In this document: in pieces, positions 1 to 14,922 of the stretch
How the letters are laid out: the number at the start of each line of letters is the position of its first letter
Position numbering within the stretch: position 1 is the stretch's first letter
Assembly (NCBI GenBank): GCA_964016885.1
Contig: OZ024759.1
Location: forward strand, 32,860,001-32,924,000
Origin: Eledone cirrhosa
Taxonomy: Eukaryota
Direction of reading: 5' to 3'
Length of the DNA stretch: 64,000 nucleotides
Notes under the pieces: generated by a model
Databases searched by the model: none
Seen by the model: the letters and a program-made list of their open reading frames with translations, nothing else
Told to the model about the DNA's origin: nothing
Made by a program: the position numbers and the translations under genes

Positions 1-58
1 AAAAAAAAATAGGACTCCAGTTGCAATTTCGATTTCATCTTTTTTTCTTTATATATAT

Positions 59-108
59 TACTTTGGTGCGTTATGGTCCACCTGGTTCCTTACCACATTT
101 CCTTCGTT
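59..108 (+). mobile_element. 5'-truncated 3' tail of fold-back family A, between TA runs
   Basis: tactttggtgcgttatggtccacctggttccttaccacatttccttcgtt is near-identical to the tail at 7559-7608. Confidence 0.85.
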
Positions 109-122
109 ATATATATATATAT

Positions 123-319
123 ATTTAATATAGAAAAGGCTTCTACAGGACGAGAACTCTTTCTTTTGGGAGAACTCATCAGGAAGCTTGCTGATGATTT
201 CTCCCGAATGAAATAGTTCTAGTCCTGTAGAAGCCTTTTCTATATTAAATAATTATACTCTGCTTTGTATTGAGTACCTTACTTACTGTGGTTACCCCTG
301 ATTGAACCAGGGATAAACT

Positions 320-320
<1 letters not shown>
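123..320 (+). mobile_element. Fold-back hammerhead element, family C (Penelope-like pLTR/retrozyme-type)
   Basis: Imperfect inverted repeat 123-250 centred on AAGCTT (184-189); tail homologous to 41279-41362; (TA)n on both sides. Confidence 0.75.
185..234 (+). ncRNA. Type I hammerhead ribozyme candidate
   Basis: CTGATGA 191-197, GAAA 210-213, stem III tag/ctg, GTA triplet 227-229, stem I gctt/aagc with a G.G mismatch next to the core; a second diverged core lies on the minus strand at ~139-187. Confidence 0.65.
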
Positions 321-363
<43 letters not shown>

Positions 364-1022
364 AAAGAAGAAAGAGAGAGCGAGAACTGAAGAGAAAGAG
401 AGAAAGAAGAGAGTTAAGTGTCTTCGACTTGAATATAGTTTAATGCTATGTATTTGACATGATACAAAGCCTGATATTATGATAGCTTCTTCATAATATC
501 ATGGTGTTTGTTGGTCTCTCTCTCCCTCTCTCACACACACAGCACAACCAAGATGGCTACTGCTCTGTTGCTCGACTCTCAACAGTTCTTTTGAGCTGTT
601 CATAAAAGGGAACACAATAAATCATGGCGGAGAAAAACTCGTTAACGTGAAATGGCAGTTATTAAAATATATCTACAAAAGTCTAAAACATTCTATTCAA
701 GATTAACCGGACTTTAAATAGCAGAGGCGGGCGTTTGAGATATTCTTTCTTTCTGAGCAGAAGGTGAAGACGGAGTGAAATAATACTAATAATAATAATT
801 TCATGTAAAACTTTGCACCCTCCCGCCGTCTACTTCCCCACCCTGTTTAAAACCGCCATTTTTGTTTCTTCTCTAAAGATATTATATTCCCTTTCTCAGC
901 TTTTATCCAGTGTCATCATTTCGCAAGGAAAAGTTTTATTGTCAGTTAGTCCGAAGCATTGTTCTATATATATATATATATATTATATATATATATAGGT
1001 GTCTGCAGATATATATATATAT

Positions 1023-1172
1023 AGGTGTCTGCAGATATACATATATATAGAGAAAATTATAGCGAGATAGATAATATATATACATAAATACATATATATA
1101 TATATATATGTATTTATATACTATGTATCTCGCTATAATTTTCTCTCTATATATGTATATCTGCAGACACCT
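1023..1172. repeat. Fold-back / MITE-like inverted repeat
   Basis: Arms aggtgtctgcagatatacatatatatagagaaaattatagcgagata... near-identical in reverse complement around a (TA)n centre; extra terminus copy at 997-1010. Confidence 0.75.
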
Positions 1173-1665
1173 ATATATATTTATCTATATATAGGCAGAT
1201 ACATGTCCGTATTGAATATGCTAAGAGACAGAGAGAGAGAGGGAGGGAGAGAGAGAGAGAGGAAGAAAGGGAACAAGAGAGGGGGAGGTCGAGAGAGTGA
1301 GTGAGATAAAGCCATACATAACATCGTAAGATCATAAAGAAGACTGTAACAGTTCATAAAATTCATTCATTCAGTAATTTTAAATTCAATATAAAATATC
1401 CCTAGAGTAGAAGTAGCGGTGACTATATTACAGCGCCACAAAACATGGTAAGCTTAACTCAATTTCAAACATTGATAAGACATTCTTCATTTATTCTTCT
1501 CCACAGAGGGAGAAAATGCATCGTTAGATTTCTGAAAGACCCCCGCCCCTCCTTACAAAATATAATAGAAATTAAAATATAAATATAGATATAGATAAAT
1601 AAAATTTAAAATAAAAGTAAAAATATAAGATAAAATAGGACCCCGAAATAAAAGAGTAAAATATA

Positions 1666-1708
<43 letters not shown>

Positions 1709-1748
1709 GTATATATAAATGTATATATGCATATATATATATCTATTG

Positions 1749-1873
<125 letters not shown>

Positions 1874-1890
1874 TATTTATATATATATAC

Positions 1891-1936
<46 letters not shown>

Positions 1937-1939
1937 GCA

Positions 1940-1981
<42 letters not shown>

Positions 1982-2174
1982 TATTTACATATATATATAT
2001 ATATATATACACATATATATTTACATATATATATATATATATAATATATATATACACACATATAAATTTACATATATATATATATATACACACACACACA
2101 TATATATACATATATATATATGCATATATATTATTTATTAGTATATATATATATATTATTTTTGTGTATGTATG

Positions 2175-2240
<66 letters not shown>

Positions 2241-2809
2241 TATACACATGAAAACAAACAAAAATATGTCTGGTTTGAAGAATTACCATAACGAAGAAGA
2301 ATGGAGAATTGGTCATTTATTGAAAACATCAGTTGTGAGAAAATAAGACTTTCAAACAACGGAAGCAAATCTGTAGAGAATTTCGTTTTTTCTTTGGATG
2401 GCAAAAATATTGTAATTTAAGATCGCCTTGCTAAATGTTTCCACTAAATAAATTCTCCATCTTTTTCTCTTGTTTGTCTTATTTTATTATTATTTTAATC
2501 TTCTTATTCATACTATCTTCCCACTATCTTCTTGTCACGATCGTCGTCGTCGTCATCATTACACTATCCTATTCGTCTTTTTCGCCTTCATCATCTTCGT
2601 CTTCATTGTCGTCGTCGTCGTCATCATTGTCGTCGTCATCATCAACGTCATCTCCATCTTCCTTTTTCTCCTTCTCTCGCTCTCTTTCTTTCTTACGTGT
2701 CACAACTATTTAACACAACACACCAGATTGTCGCATGGGGTTCTTTGTTAAAATAAAATCTTCCACTCCGGCATACTACTACTACTACTACTACCACCAC
2801 CACCACCAA

Positions 2810-2844
<35 letters not shown>

Positions 2845-2874
2845 CCAACAACAACAATAATATTAATGATGAAA

Positions 2875-4980
2875 GTTTCATTTATGGGCCACAAGGGCCG
2901 AAATATAGGGCACAATGCAAAAAACAGGGACAGTGGGGGTTTACATACACAACGTGTAAATAATATAATTCACAATAAAAATACAAGGAAAATTCCCAAA
3001 TCGGATGGATGACCACCCAGGGTTCGCTCACGTACTCCACCAATCCTGAACGACCCTAAGGAAGGGCACCCCTCTCCTCCTCAAATCCACCCACTTACAG
3101 GTGCATAATTAGAGTAGGCCCACTTACACGAGCAATTCGCGGCACATTCACCCACCTTTCAGCAAATGTACTGGGGGGGGGGGGCAGCACTTATCTCTCC
3201 ACCCCCACCTTCCTTTCCAAGTGAAACTTGAAAAAAGTTGATGAGGGATTGGCCGAAGAGAAAAGTGTCTGTCTTCAGTCCTTTCAACCTGGTCCACCAT
3301 ATAACCTCTTTCGCTACTGCCACCAGACAGAGGAAAATTGCCTGCCCTTCCTGGCCAAAAGAAGGCGACGGGTCGATCTTCACTATGGACTCGGTCGATA
3401 GCCGGATCCGTTCTACACGCGACAACAGCTGTTCGACTTAACTCCACAAGTCAGTAATGCAGGGACACTGGACGAGTGCATGCAGAACGGTTTCGTCGCT
3501 CTGCGCCATCTCGGGAAGGTCCATCTGACAGCACTTCCGTGCATGTAGAGTTTATCTCGAACCGGGAAATCTAGTGGGTACCTGTCAGACAGTTGGAACT
3601 GGCTGATCAGGTACTTTAGGCTTTTGCACCCCTCGCTCCAATCGAATACTCCCACACAGTCCCGGCGTGCGTCTAACAAGCCGTTCCAATCACTCGCGAA
3701 CAGTAAAGGGTGAGACGTACCCCAAAAGGCTTCCAGGCGTCTAAAGAAGTCCGACCGTCCTGCGCCAGTAGGGGCGTAGACGGCCACCTGTCTAAAGGCA
3801 CCACCTTCGCTATCGTTCACGTCCAGGACCACCAACTTACCGTCCGGGTCCCGGAAGATCGACCTTACCTCGAGATCCAAGCCTTTCCTAAACAACGCTG
3901 CCACCCCACCTCTCATTCCCGGCCGACTAACAGATACAAAGATCTGACAGTCGTCGAAAATGGGGGCTAGTGCGCGCGTGTCGGAAATCCTGGTCTCGCT
4001 GACGGCAATTACCTCCATTTCTAGAGACCTGAGCTCGTTGAGCAGGCGACCTTGCTTCCAGGACGATCCCAGGCCCCGAACATTTAAACTTCCTACTCTT
4101 AATACGGCCATGTTGGCAGGCTAAAAGAGAGAGGGAAGGTTTACTTACCTTCCGGGTTCTTGTGAAGGTCGGGTGGTTCGACCTCCATAGTTGGTGGGGT
4201 TTCTTTTGGGAACCCTTTTAAAAGTCTTTAAGTGGGTTTTATGTTCGGGGTTCCCACGTCGCGAGGAAAGCTGTCTCGTATCTCTTTGTATAAATCGAGG
4301 GACATTCGCACCAGGAACAAATCTTCCGGCACGCGAAATGTGCTCGATTTAAAAACTTCCCCTCTTTTTGTATTTCTTTACTTCGTGCTACGAGGGCTAT
4401 CAGTTCCTTGTTGGCCCTTCTGACAAGCACGAAGTTTTGTATGTTTTGTTGGTGTGATTTTATTAGTTTGCGTGGCTGTGGTGGTGATAGTTTTGATGTG
4501 TTGTTTCAGTTGTTTCTGTGTTTGTTGTGAGTGCGGTTTCTGTGGTTTCAGATGCTTGTGTGTGTATTTGTTCTAGCGTCTGTTTAGGTTGTTTGCGTTT
4601 GGGGGATGATGGTGATGGTGGTGGTGGTGGTGTTGATGTTGGTGTTGTTGGAGAGATGTTTGCGTGGGTGGTGTCTGCATTTTTTTATTGTGGGTGTTTT
4701 TGTGCTTTGTTGATTTGTTTTCTATTTGTGTTTCCTTTATTGTATTTTGGGGGATTTTGGTTTTCCCTCGTCTCCACTACTGGTAGATGAAGGGTCTGTG
4801 TCTGTAAGTGTGTCTGTGTTTATGTTTTTATTGATGTATGTATTTTTCAAAATTAGTGTTCTCACTGTTGTTGTCATTACTGTCTTTCTTCACGTTGTAT
4901 GTGGTGGTGTTTGTTGTATTAATTAACCCTCCTCTCAACTTTTACGTCGTTGTCACACGACGGCAGACATATTGCTGGGG
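2875..4980 (-). mobile_element. Degenerate, internally deleted L1/Tx1-clade non-LTR retrotransposon
   Basis: ORF2 remnants at 3095-4111; 3' UTR ending ...gcccttgtggcccataaatgaaa; A/C-rich degenerate ORF1-like region upstream; 5' boundary uncertain. Confidence 0.8.
3095..4111 (-). pseudogene. LINE ORF2 relic: APE endonuclease fused directly to C-terminal region, RT domain deleted
   Basis: Motifs SLNVRGL, AVSETR, VAVYAP, DWN, then LSDRYPLDFP|VRDKLY; frameshifted knuckle ETVLHALVQCP; end ERWVNVPRIARVSGPTLIMHL*. Confidence 0.88.
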
Positions 4981-5434
4981 GGCGTGGCTCAGCCATGTTT
5001 TTTTTCTTCGATAATTTTTAAAAATGTAAAAAGTTCAAATATTTGGCCGAAAAGGCCCAAATATTATACTTTCCCCTTCACAGGGAACAGCCCAAAGGCT
5101 TATATCCCTTACACAACAACAACAATTTAACAATAAATAAGTTTTGACAGGTAAATAAAGAAACTTACGAGGGGGAACAAAAGTACGTCCGAGCAGACCA
5201 ATAATAAGAATGATAATGTTATTAATTCCTTTATTGACCGCTAGGGTTGCAAACATTGATGATAATCCTATAAACAGTGGTGGTGGCGGTGGGATTACAT
5301 GTAAACGTATGAAGAGAGAAAGAATATGGGTAAGAATTAACAACAGATTGATGTCACCAACATAACTATCCAATGGCGGAGACCATCACCCGAGAAATAT
5401 AAAGGATTCCCTCCATAGTTCCGAGATCAGCGCC

Positions 5435-5509
<75 letters not shown>

Positions 5510-5548
5510 CTGCATTGCTTTATTGTACTACAATAAAACTCACCTCCT

Positions 5549-5600
<52 letters not shown>

Positions 5601-5737
5601 ATATATGTATATATATGTATATATGTATATATATGTATATATATGTATATATGTATATATATATATATATGTATATATATGTATATATATATATATATAT
5701 GTATATATATGTATGTATATGTATATATATATGTATA

Positions 5738-5786
<49 letters not shown>

Positions 5787-5833
5787 GTATATATATATAT
5801 ATATATGTATGTATATGTATATATATATGTATA

Positions 5834-5954
<121 letters not shown>

Positions 5955-5961
5955 GTATATA

Positions 5962-6042
<81 letters not shown>

Positions 6043-6158
6043 ATATATATATTATATATATATATATGTATATATGTATATATATATATTATATATATAT
6101 ATGTATATATATGTATATATATATATATAATGGTCTAACTGGTTTTCACTAACTCCAT

Positions 6159-6214
<56 letters not shown>

Positions 6215-6263
6215 GAGAGAGAGCGAGAGAGAGAGAGAGGGAGAGGGAGGGAGAGATAGAGAG

Positions 6264-6294
<31 letters not shown>

Positions 6295-6455
6295 GGGGAG
6301 GGGAGAGTATAGTGGCTATCAAAATGATGCCTTTTATACATTAAACAAAATATTGAACTTTATAATTCCTTGATTACGAGTGTGGAACAAGCTAGCGAAA
6401 CGGCAAGCGCTTACATACATAGTTATCAATCAACTAATATATATATATATATATT

Positions 6456-6776
6456 GTTATGCTTTGGGAGGGTCATGTTGCCAATAAGAATCACACGCAC
6501 CAGTTGCTTTCACTCCAATTTATTATAAGTTAAATTTATAAATTTAAGAATTTATAAATTTCCGGTTCGTTGGTTGGTTCCACAACCGGACGGTTGTACA
6601 TATATTGTCAAAGTTCTTTCGTCACGCATTCTGTGACCTCTTCAGTGACTGGGGATTCTTTTCTTTGTTTTTGTGCCTCTCCTTTGTTCTTTGTTCTGTC
6701 CTACGCCATCTTGTTTTTGTGTGTGTTTCAACACACGTTTTCAGGTAAAGAATCTTGCTAAACAAATTCAGAAACG

Positions 6777-6780
<4 letters not shown>
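6456..6780 (-). mobile_element. Hammerhead-bearing element fragment in (TA)n
   Basis: Unique-sequence island between TA arrays containing the HHR fold at 6607-6649. Confidence 0.6.
6607..6649 (-). ncRNA. Minimal type I hammerhead ribozyme candidate
   Basis: gtca CTGAAGA g GTCAC agaatgc GTGAC GAAA gaac TT tgac: stem I gtca/tgac, stem II 5 bp, minimal stem III. Confidence 0.65.
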
Positions 6781-6844
<64 letters not shown>

Positions 6845-7189
6845 ATATATATATATGTGTGTGTGTACAGAAACTCTCTCACACATACACAAATACATAT
6901 ACATATATATATATATCTTTCTCACTTTACTACTTCGATTTCCTATCTCAAATAGAATATTCTCCTTATTTCCTTTTCTCTTCTACCCCCTCAAACACCG
7001 TTCTTATTACTTTATTGATCGGCCATCTTCTTCCCTCAGTTCTACCATCGCCATATTGCTTTCATTTCACCTCCACACGAAAACAAAATGTCTTCGCCAT
7101 TGAGAATCCACACATTGTTTTCATGTTTGTAAATACTAATGTATTATTACGTCTGCCTACAACTCCTCTTTTCTCTTCATAATAAATAT

Positions 7190-7380
7190 AATTGTTTCTA
7201 CCTTAGGCACAAGGCCAGCTATGTGAAGGAGAGGTGAATGTCGATTAAATCGACCCCAGTACATTACTGGTGCTTTATTCTAACGAGCCTGTAAGGATGA
7301 AAAGTAAAGCTAACCTCGGCGGGATTTGAACTCAGAGTAGAGAGCGGAAACGAATATATTGAAGTACTCTCTAATTTGCC
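7190..7380 (-). mobile_element. tRNA-derived SINE (type 1 in this window)
   Basis: Minus strand B-box gagttcaaatcccgccgaggttagc; central cttttcatcc...aaagcaccag block; tail gccttgtgcc...agaaacaattatt; shared with about 8 other copies here. Confidence 0.85.
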
Positions 7381-7412
7381 TCATATATATACGTATATAT
7401 ATCTATATATAT

Positions 7413-7608
7413 ATAGGAACAAGTATGACCCCGACGGCAGAGCTCAAGCCGTTTCGACGGCTAATTCTGAGTCCAGAATTAGCCGTCGAAACGGCTTGAG
7501 CTCAGCCGTCTGGGTCATACTTGTTCCTATTACCCACTCTACTACCCCAAGTATTGAGTACTTTGGTGCGTTATGGTCCATCTGGTTCCTTACCACATTT
7601 CCTTCGTT
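7413..7608 (+). mobile_element. Fold-back family A element (palindromic head 7413-7530, tail 7531-7608)
   Basis: Near-perfect palindrome; HHR 3' half GAAA 7488-7491, stem III cggc/gccg, GTC 7508-7510; (TA)n flanks. Confidence 0.85.
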
Positions 7609-7693
7609 ATATATATATATATAACATTTCTTTTACAACCTTGCCACCACGAAGGTGGCCGGTCAAAACTGTATTAGAAATTAAGAGAAAGAG

Positions 7694-7759
<66 letters not shown>

Positions 7760-8007
7760 TGTGCCAAATTCCGTTTAGCCAGAAGTACAATCAACACTGT
7801 AGCTAGAGTTGAAACCACTTAAACAATACTTGATCATATTTTAGTTCGATGTAAATATTGTCAATAAAATATTGTATCACGTGATAATGATCTATGGAAA
7901 CACAGCAGCTGTTGAATGTTTACAATGTACATTGTGGTGTTCCATATAAAACACTTGAACGGTTCTTGCTTCAAGTTGTAACAAACAGTGCCTAGCTCAT
8001 TATATAT

Positions 8008-8042
<35 letters not shown>

Positions 8043-8058
8043 CATATATGTATGTATG

Positions 8059-8146
<88 letters not shown>

Positions 8147-8173
8147 TATATATATATACACACACACACACAC

Positions 8174-8205
<32 letters not shown>

Positions 8206-8366
8206 TCATATATACATATATATATATATATAAAAATAAATATACATATATATATACACATATATATATTCATATATACATATATATATGTATGTATATA
8301 TATGTGTATGTATATACATATATATATATATACATATATACATATATATATATATGTATGTATATA

Positions 8367-8398
<32 letters not shown>

Positions 8399-8421
8399 AA
8401 TATACACATATATATATACAC

Positions 8422-8491
<70 letters not shown>

Positions 8492-9657
8492 AAATATAAC
8501 TATGTATACACACACACATATATATATATATATAATGTATTACATATGGTCTACAAACATAAAATAATATTACGCAGTCAGTGAGTGAGTCTCTGAAATG
8601 TTAATCTTTCTTACAAAGTATGACACGAAGAAAACATCTCCCCCACCCGTCTCTTTCCATCTTCCCTACCTACACCGCCATAGCACCGCTCCTTTCCTAC
8701 ATCTTTCTACATCTTCCAACTTTCGCCATCTCTATTCCATCATCTCCATCTTTCCACCACCACCACCACCACCACCACCACCACCACCACCACCACCACC
8801 ACCCCCATTCCACTATCTCCATCTACCTCATTCTTCTCACCTCTATCTTCATCCCGACGACGCCTCCGTCTCCCTCCATCTTCCCACACTAAGCCCCCCC
8901 CCCCATCATTCATCTTCCTACATCATCTACCGCCTTTTCTCTTTCCTCTTCCTACGGTGATATTACCCGACATTTAATTCTTTACAGTAAAAAAATAATA
9001 AATTTTAAATTGCTTCTTTACTGTCATTTCAATGTCGATGATTCTAGATTCGATCTCTCGCTCTCTTTATTTATCTATCCTCGAGCTAACATCGTGTTAG
9101 AAGACAAATATAGGTCTTCGCAAATTAGTCACGATATTGTTGCTGAGAAGTAATGCCGGCTCATGATATTATCCTTAAGGATTTCCTGTATTATCTCTTC
9201 CATTAATAATCAAGAGTAGAGAGCCGAAGGCATTGGCAGGGAGTGGGGGAAGTGATTAGTTTTAGTTTAAGTTTGGAATCGAAACCAATTTGAAAATTTA
9301 GGTGGAGTTGCCTGCTCATGTAGAACATACTTTTCTAAAATCACGAGAACAAAAACAAAAATAAAAAAATAATAATAAAAGGAAAAAAAAAATTATAAAA
9401 CAAATGACAAAAATTAATCATTAAGACTTATGTATCGATTTCTAGCAAAAATCACGAATTATTGTTGGTTAAGATGTTTAGGTTCCAGGCTCGATTTCAC
9501 TGAATGTCACTGTGATATATCATAGCATAGACACCTAGACCTGACTAAAGCATTGTTAGTGAAACTATATATATATATATAATTATTAAATAATTAAATA
9601 GCTCTGTAGCATACATAGAGCACTCTTCTTTCCTTTAGCCTTCCTACGGAAATACTT

Positions 9658-9711
<54 letters not shown>

Positions 9712-9848
9712 AATGTGTGCTCGTGTAAGTGCATATGCCTGTGTGTTTAAATTTCAAACTTCATTATTTTAAATCTACCTTCAATTCACCTTAAAAAATG
9801 CTCATAAATAGACATACGCTTATCTATCTATCTATCCATCTCTCTCTG

Positions 9849-9904
<56 letters not shown>

Positions 9905-10173
9905 GAATAATCGAGTATCGAAAAATCGGCGCACGAGTTCACGATAAACAAAATTCGAAATGAGCGGCAGAGGGCTCAATAATTCAGATAAATCAGAGCT
10001 ATAACTATCGTTAAAATACCGACACACATAGAACATGTCTAAAATCAACCATACGACCGAAAAATTACGATCTGGAAGATTCGGGACACTCAGATAAAAT
10101 ATCAATAAATCAATAAATCAAATGAATGTAAAAAGCATACCCGGACCCGCTAGAAAGATGGTAAATCTAGCTT

Positions 10174-10282
<109 letters not shown>

Positions 10283-10547
10283 GTACATATATATATATAT
10301 GTACATATATATGTACATATATATGTATATATATATGTACATATATATATATATATACATATATATGTACATATATATATATATATACATATATATGTAC
10401 ATATATATGTACATATATATATGTACATATATATTTATATATATATACATATACATATATATACATTTATATATATACATTTATATATACATATATACAT
10501 ATACATATATTACATATATATAAACATATATATATACATATATATAA

Positions 10548-10638
<91 letters not shown>

Positions 10639-10639
<1 letters not shown>

Positions 10640-10823
10640 GGGAAATGTATAACCCCGACGGCAGAGGTCAAGCCATTTCGACGGCTATTTCTAGACTAAC
10701 AGTCTAGAAATAGCCGTCGAAACGGCTTGAGTTCTGTCGTCGGGGTTATACATTTCCCTTCCCTAAGTATTGAGTACTCTGGTACGTTATGGTCCAACTG
10801 GTTCCTTACCACACTTCCTTCGT

Positions 10824-10824
<1 letters not shown>
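10639..10824 (+). mobile_element. Fold-back family A element
   Basis: Palindrome 10639-10759 plus tail ending ccttcgtt, inside (TA)n; short deletion in the tail. Confidence 0.85.
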
Positions 10825-10880
<56 letters not shown>

Positions 10881-11168
10881 GCACTAACTTTTGCGCATTT
10901 CTTTAGTACTTTTTTAAATATTTATATTTCAGTCTGTCTGGTCTGGACCAGTCTAGTCTTAATAGTTTTCTTTTGTCTATTGTTTCTGATATTTACTATT
11001 CCAAAAAATATTTATTTTCGAACAAATTCAACAGAATGTTAATTTTGTTGTATATTCTTGCAAGTTGAAAGTAAAAAAACAGAAAGCAGCAGGATTCGTC
11101 TGTAGTTTGTAATCACCTTTGTTAAACACATTTATATAAATAGAAATTCTCAAAATTAAGTTTGATCA

Positions 11169-11288
<120 letters not shown>

Positions 11289-11432
11289 CTCCTCTATATA
11301 TACACTGTGTTCGAAAAACATTTATACACACTTCAGCACCATTCTAATCAAAGTATATATACATTTTTTTACGAGATCCTGTATATACTCTTTCACTATA
11401 TATATATACCCTCTCTCCTCTGTCTCTCTCTT

Positions 11433-11526
<94 letters not shown>

Positions 11527-11713
11527 TCCTTTTATCAATTTGACGATACGATAATAGATAAAGAAATACAATGATAAATATAAAAAACAAACAATAAGGT
11601 AAGACAGTATTAACACATTGGCACACCTGCAACTTATTGCCAAGAAATTAAAAACTCCAGGAAACCTTACACCCCCCCCCCCCATATATATATATATATA
11701 CACACACACACAC

Positions 11714-11760
<47 letters not shown>

Positions 11761-12204
11761 CATACTGCTTAGTAACTGTTTATATATAAACACTCTTTTA
11801 GACACTTCAATGCATATAAACAGATTCTTCCAGAAACTCCACATATTTAGACACATCTAAAAACCTTATACACTGAACTGAACAGTTTCTAGAATATTTA
11901 TACATCAAGTAAAATCCATAAAGATAAATGGCAAGCCTAAGGCAAAGCAAACCTTGATCCTAAAGGGACATAATTATATGTTACATGGTATCCGATGCTC
12001 TACTGATACTGCCAATCCACCACCCTAATAATAACAATAATAATAACAATAATTGTTATTAATACCAGTGGTAGCAAAATCATAAATACATTCGAAAACA
12101 AACATGGCTGATTAAAAAGAAAAAGAAAAGACCATCTTTCTAAACCATTTTCGTTTCTTATGTATCTACGAACTTAATTTGTTCAATACCCTGGTTTTTA
12201 CTAC

Positions 12205-12250
<46 letters not shown>

Positions 12251-12414
12251 ATATATATAATATATATAATATATATTAGAAAGTGAGGTTTTTTTTACAA
12301 AATGAAAAATAACCGAGGTGTCCTACACGAGTGAAAGTATAAAGGAAAAGAGATGAAATCGAAAATGCAACTGAAGTCTTATTTAAAAAAAAATATATAT
12401 ATATTTATTTGGTT

Positions 12415-12452
12415 CCTTTACCGGTTTCGCAGTTCTTCTGCTTTTCAAAAGG
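12415..12452 (-). ncRNA. Minimal type I hammerhead candidate with U3-A8 core variant
   Basis: cctt TTGAAAA GCAG aagaa CTGC GAAA CCGG TA aagg; lies in a unique island (12277-12490) between TA arrays. Confidence 0.7.
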
Positions 12453-12488
12453 TGAGTTGAGATGGAGGGTCTGTGGTTTTTCTCACAG

Positions 12489-12703
<215 letters not shown>

Positions 12704-12704
12704 G

Positions 12705-12758
<54 letters not shown>

Positions 12759-12829
12759 CTCATATATCTTAGTCTTGAAAACTATATATATATATATATA
12801 TATATATACTCATATATCTTAGTCTTGAA

Positions 12830-13105
<276 letters not shown>

Positions 13106-13382
13106 CATATATACTCATATATCTTAGTCTTGAAAACTATATATATATAATGATATAGATAAATGATAGTCTTGTGGAGAGTTATTTGGTACATACATTT
13201 TCATTGAGATGATAAATTTAATACAGTCATAGGTTAGGAAGATATAGCGTGGTGGAAAAATCGGGAGATATATTAATTCTTGTTGAAATAATCCAGCCAT
13301 ATATTACTATATAAATACACCGTATATGTTGTTTGAACAAAGATAGATAGAATATTTGTAAACACACAGGAACAGGCATACT

Positions 13383-13509
<127 letters not shown>

Positions 13510-13600
13510 ACACACACACATATATAAATATATACATATTCATGTAGATGGCCAAGTATGTATATAAATACATCTGTATGTATGTATATCTATCTATCAC

Positions 13601-13635
<35 letters not shown>

Positions 13636-13648
13636 GTATATGCATTCA

Positions 13649-13684
<36 letters not shown>

Positions 13685-13847
13685 TATACGTATATATATC
13701 TTCATGTAAATATATATAACATACATATATATAAAGATAGCTATCTAGATATACATACATACATGCAAATATATATACAGACATATATATAAAGATAGCT
13801 ATCTAGATATACATACATGCAAATATGTATACATACATATATATACT

Positions 13848-13881
<34 letters not shown>

Positions 13882-13926
13882 TATATGTATATATATAATA
13901 TACTTATATATATATATACATACATG

Positions 13927-13976
<50 letters not shown>

Positions 13977-14434
13977 CATGTATATATATATACATACATA
14001 TATATATATGTATATATATATATATTTATATATAATATATATTTAAACAAATACATCATATATAGATAAATAGATGCTTTACACTAGACATACACTAAGA
14101 AAATAAATATATATTGAAACTAAAATAAATATGTTTATATTTCTTTTTCTTTATGTCTTCTACAGGTTTTGTTTTTGCATTATTTCCTTGTTTGTATCGA
14201 ATATATTTTTATATATCTTATATATTTTCTTTATGTATACAAAATAAAATTTATTTCTATGTCGAATGAAATAATGCTTCATTTTCTTGTATCAAACAAC
14301 AAAGTATTTTTTTCTTGTCATCAGCTGTGTTTCATAAGCACACGTTATACAAATAGTGAAACAAATAGTTGAAACAACACGTTCATGTATTACCATAGAC
14401 GCTCACATACTCTTACAACTTACAACAGCCTACA

Positions 14435-14503
<69 letters not shown>

Positions 14504-14507
<4 letters not shown>

Positions 14508-14858
14508 TCATTAGTTAAGCAAAACAAGACCACAAAATTCACAAGCAATACGTGAAATACCAATATATGGAACATTACATTCATGTAACCATCTTTCTTT
14601 ACGTTACTTTATATTCCTTATTCCATCTTATCTTTATCAATATTTTCATTATCTCATTTGAAGTTCTGAAGAGCTGCTCCATAATATTACCCAAGTTACT
14701 TATCTTCATCTGAACCAGATCAATAATGATCTATAATCAATTGATCTAGAAACATTATATGGAGTAGCGAAACAATTGTAAACGGACAACGAGGTCGATA
14801 AAATAAAGTACCAGTAATCTACTGGGTAATTGCTGGCCTTGTGCCAAAAGTAGAAACA

Positions 14859-14922
<64 letters not shown>

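Noticed and set aside
7315-7340. B-box suggesting a tRNA gene
   Set aside because: Part of a SINE head; no cloverleaf.
7640-7670. gccacc/ggtggc hairpin in a small TA-bounded island
   Set aside because: Neither CUGANGA nor GAAA is intact; too little to call.
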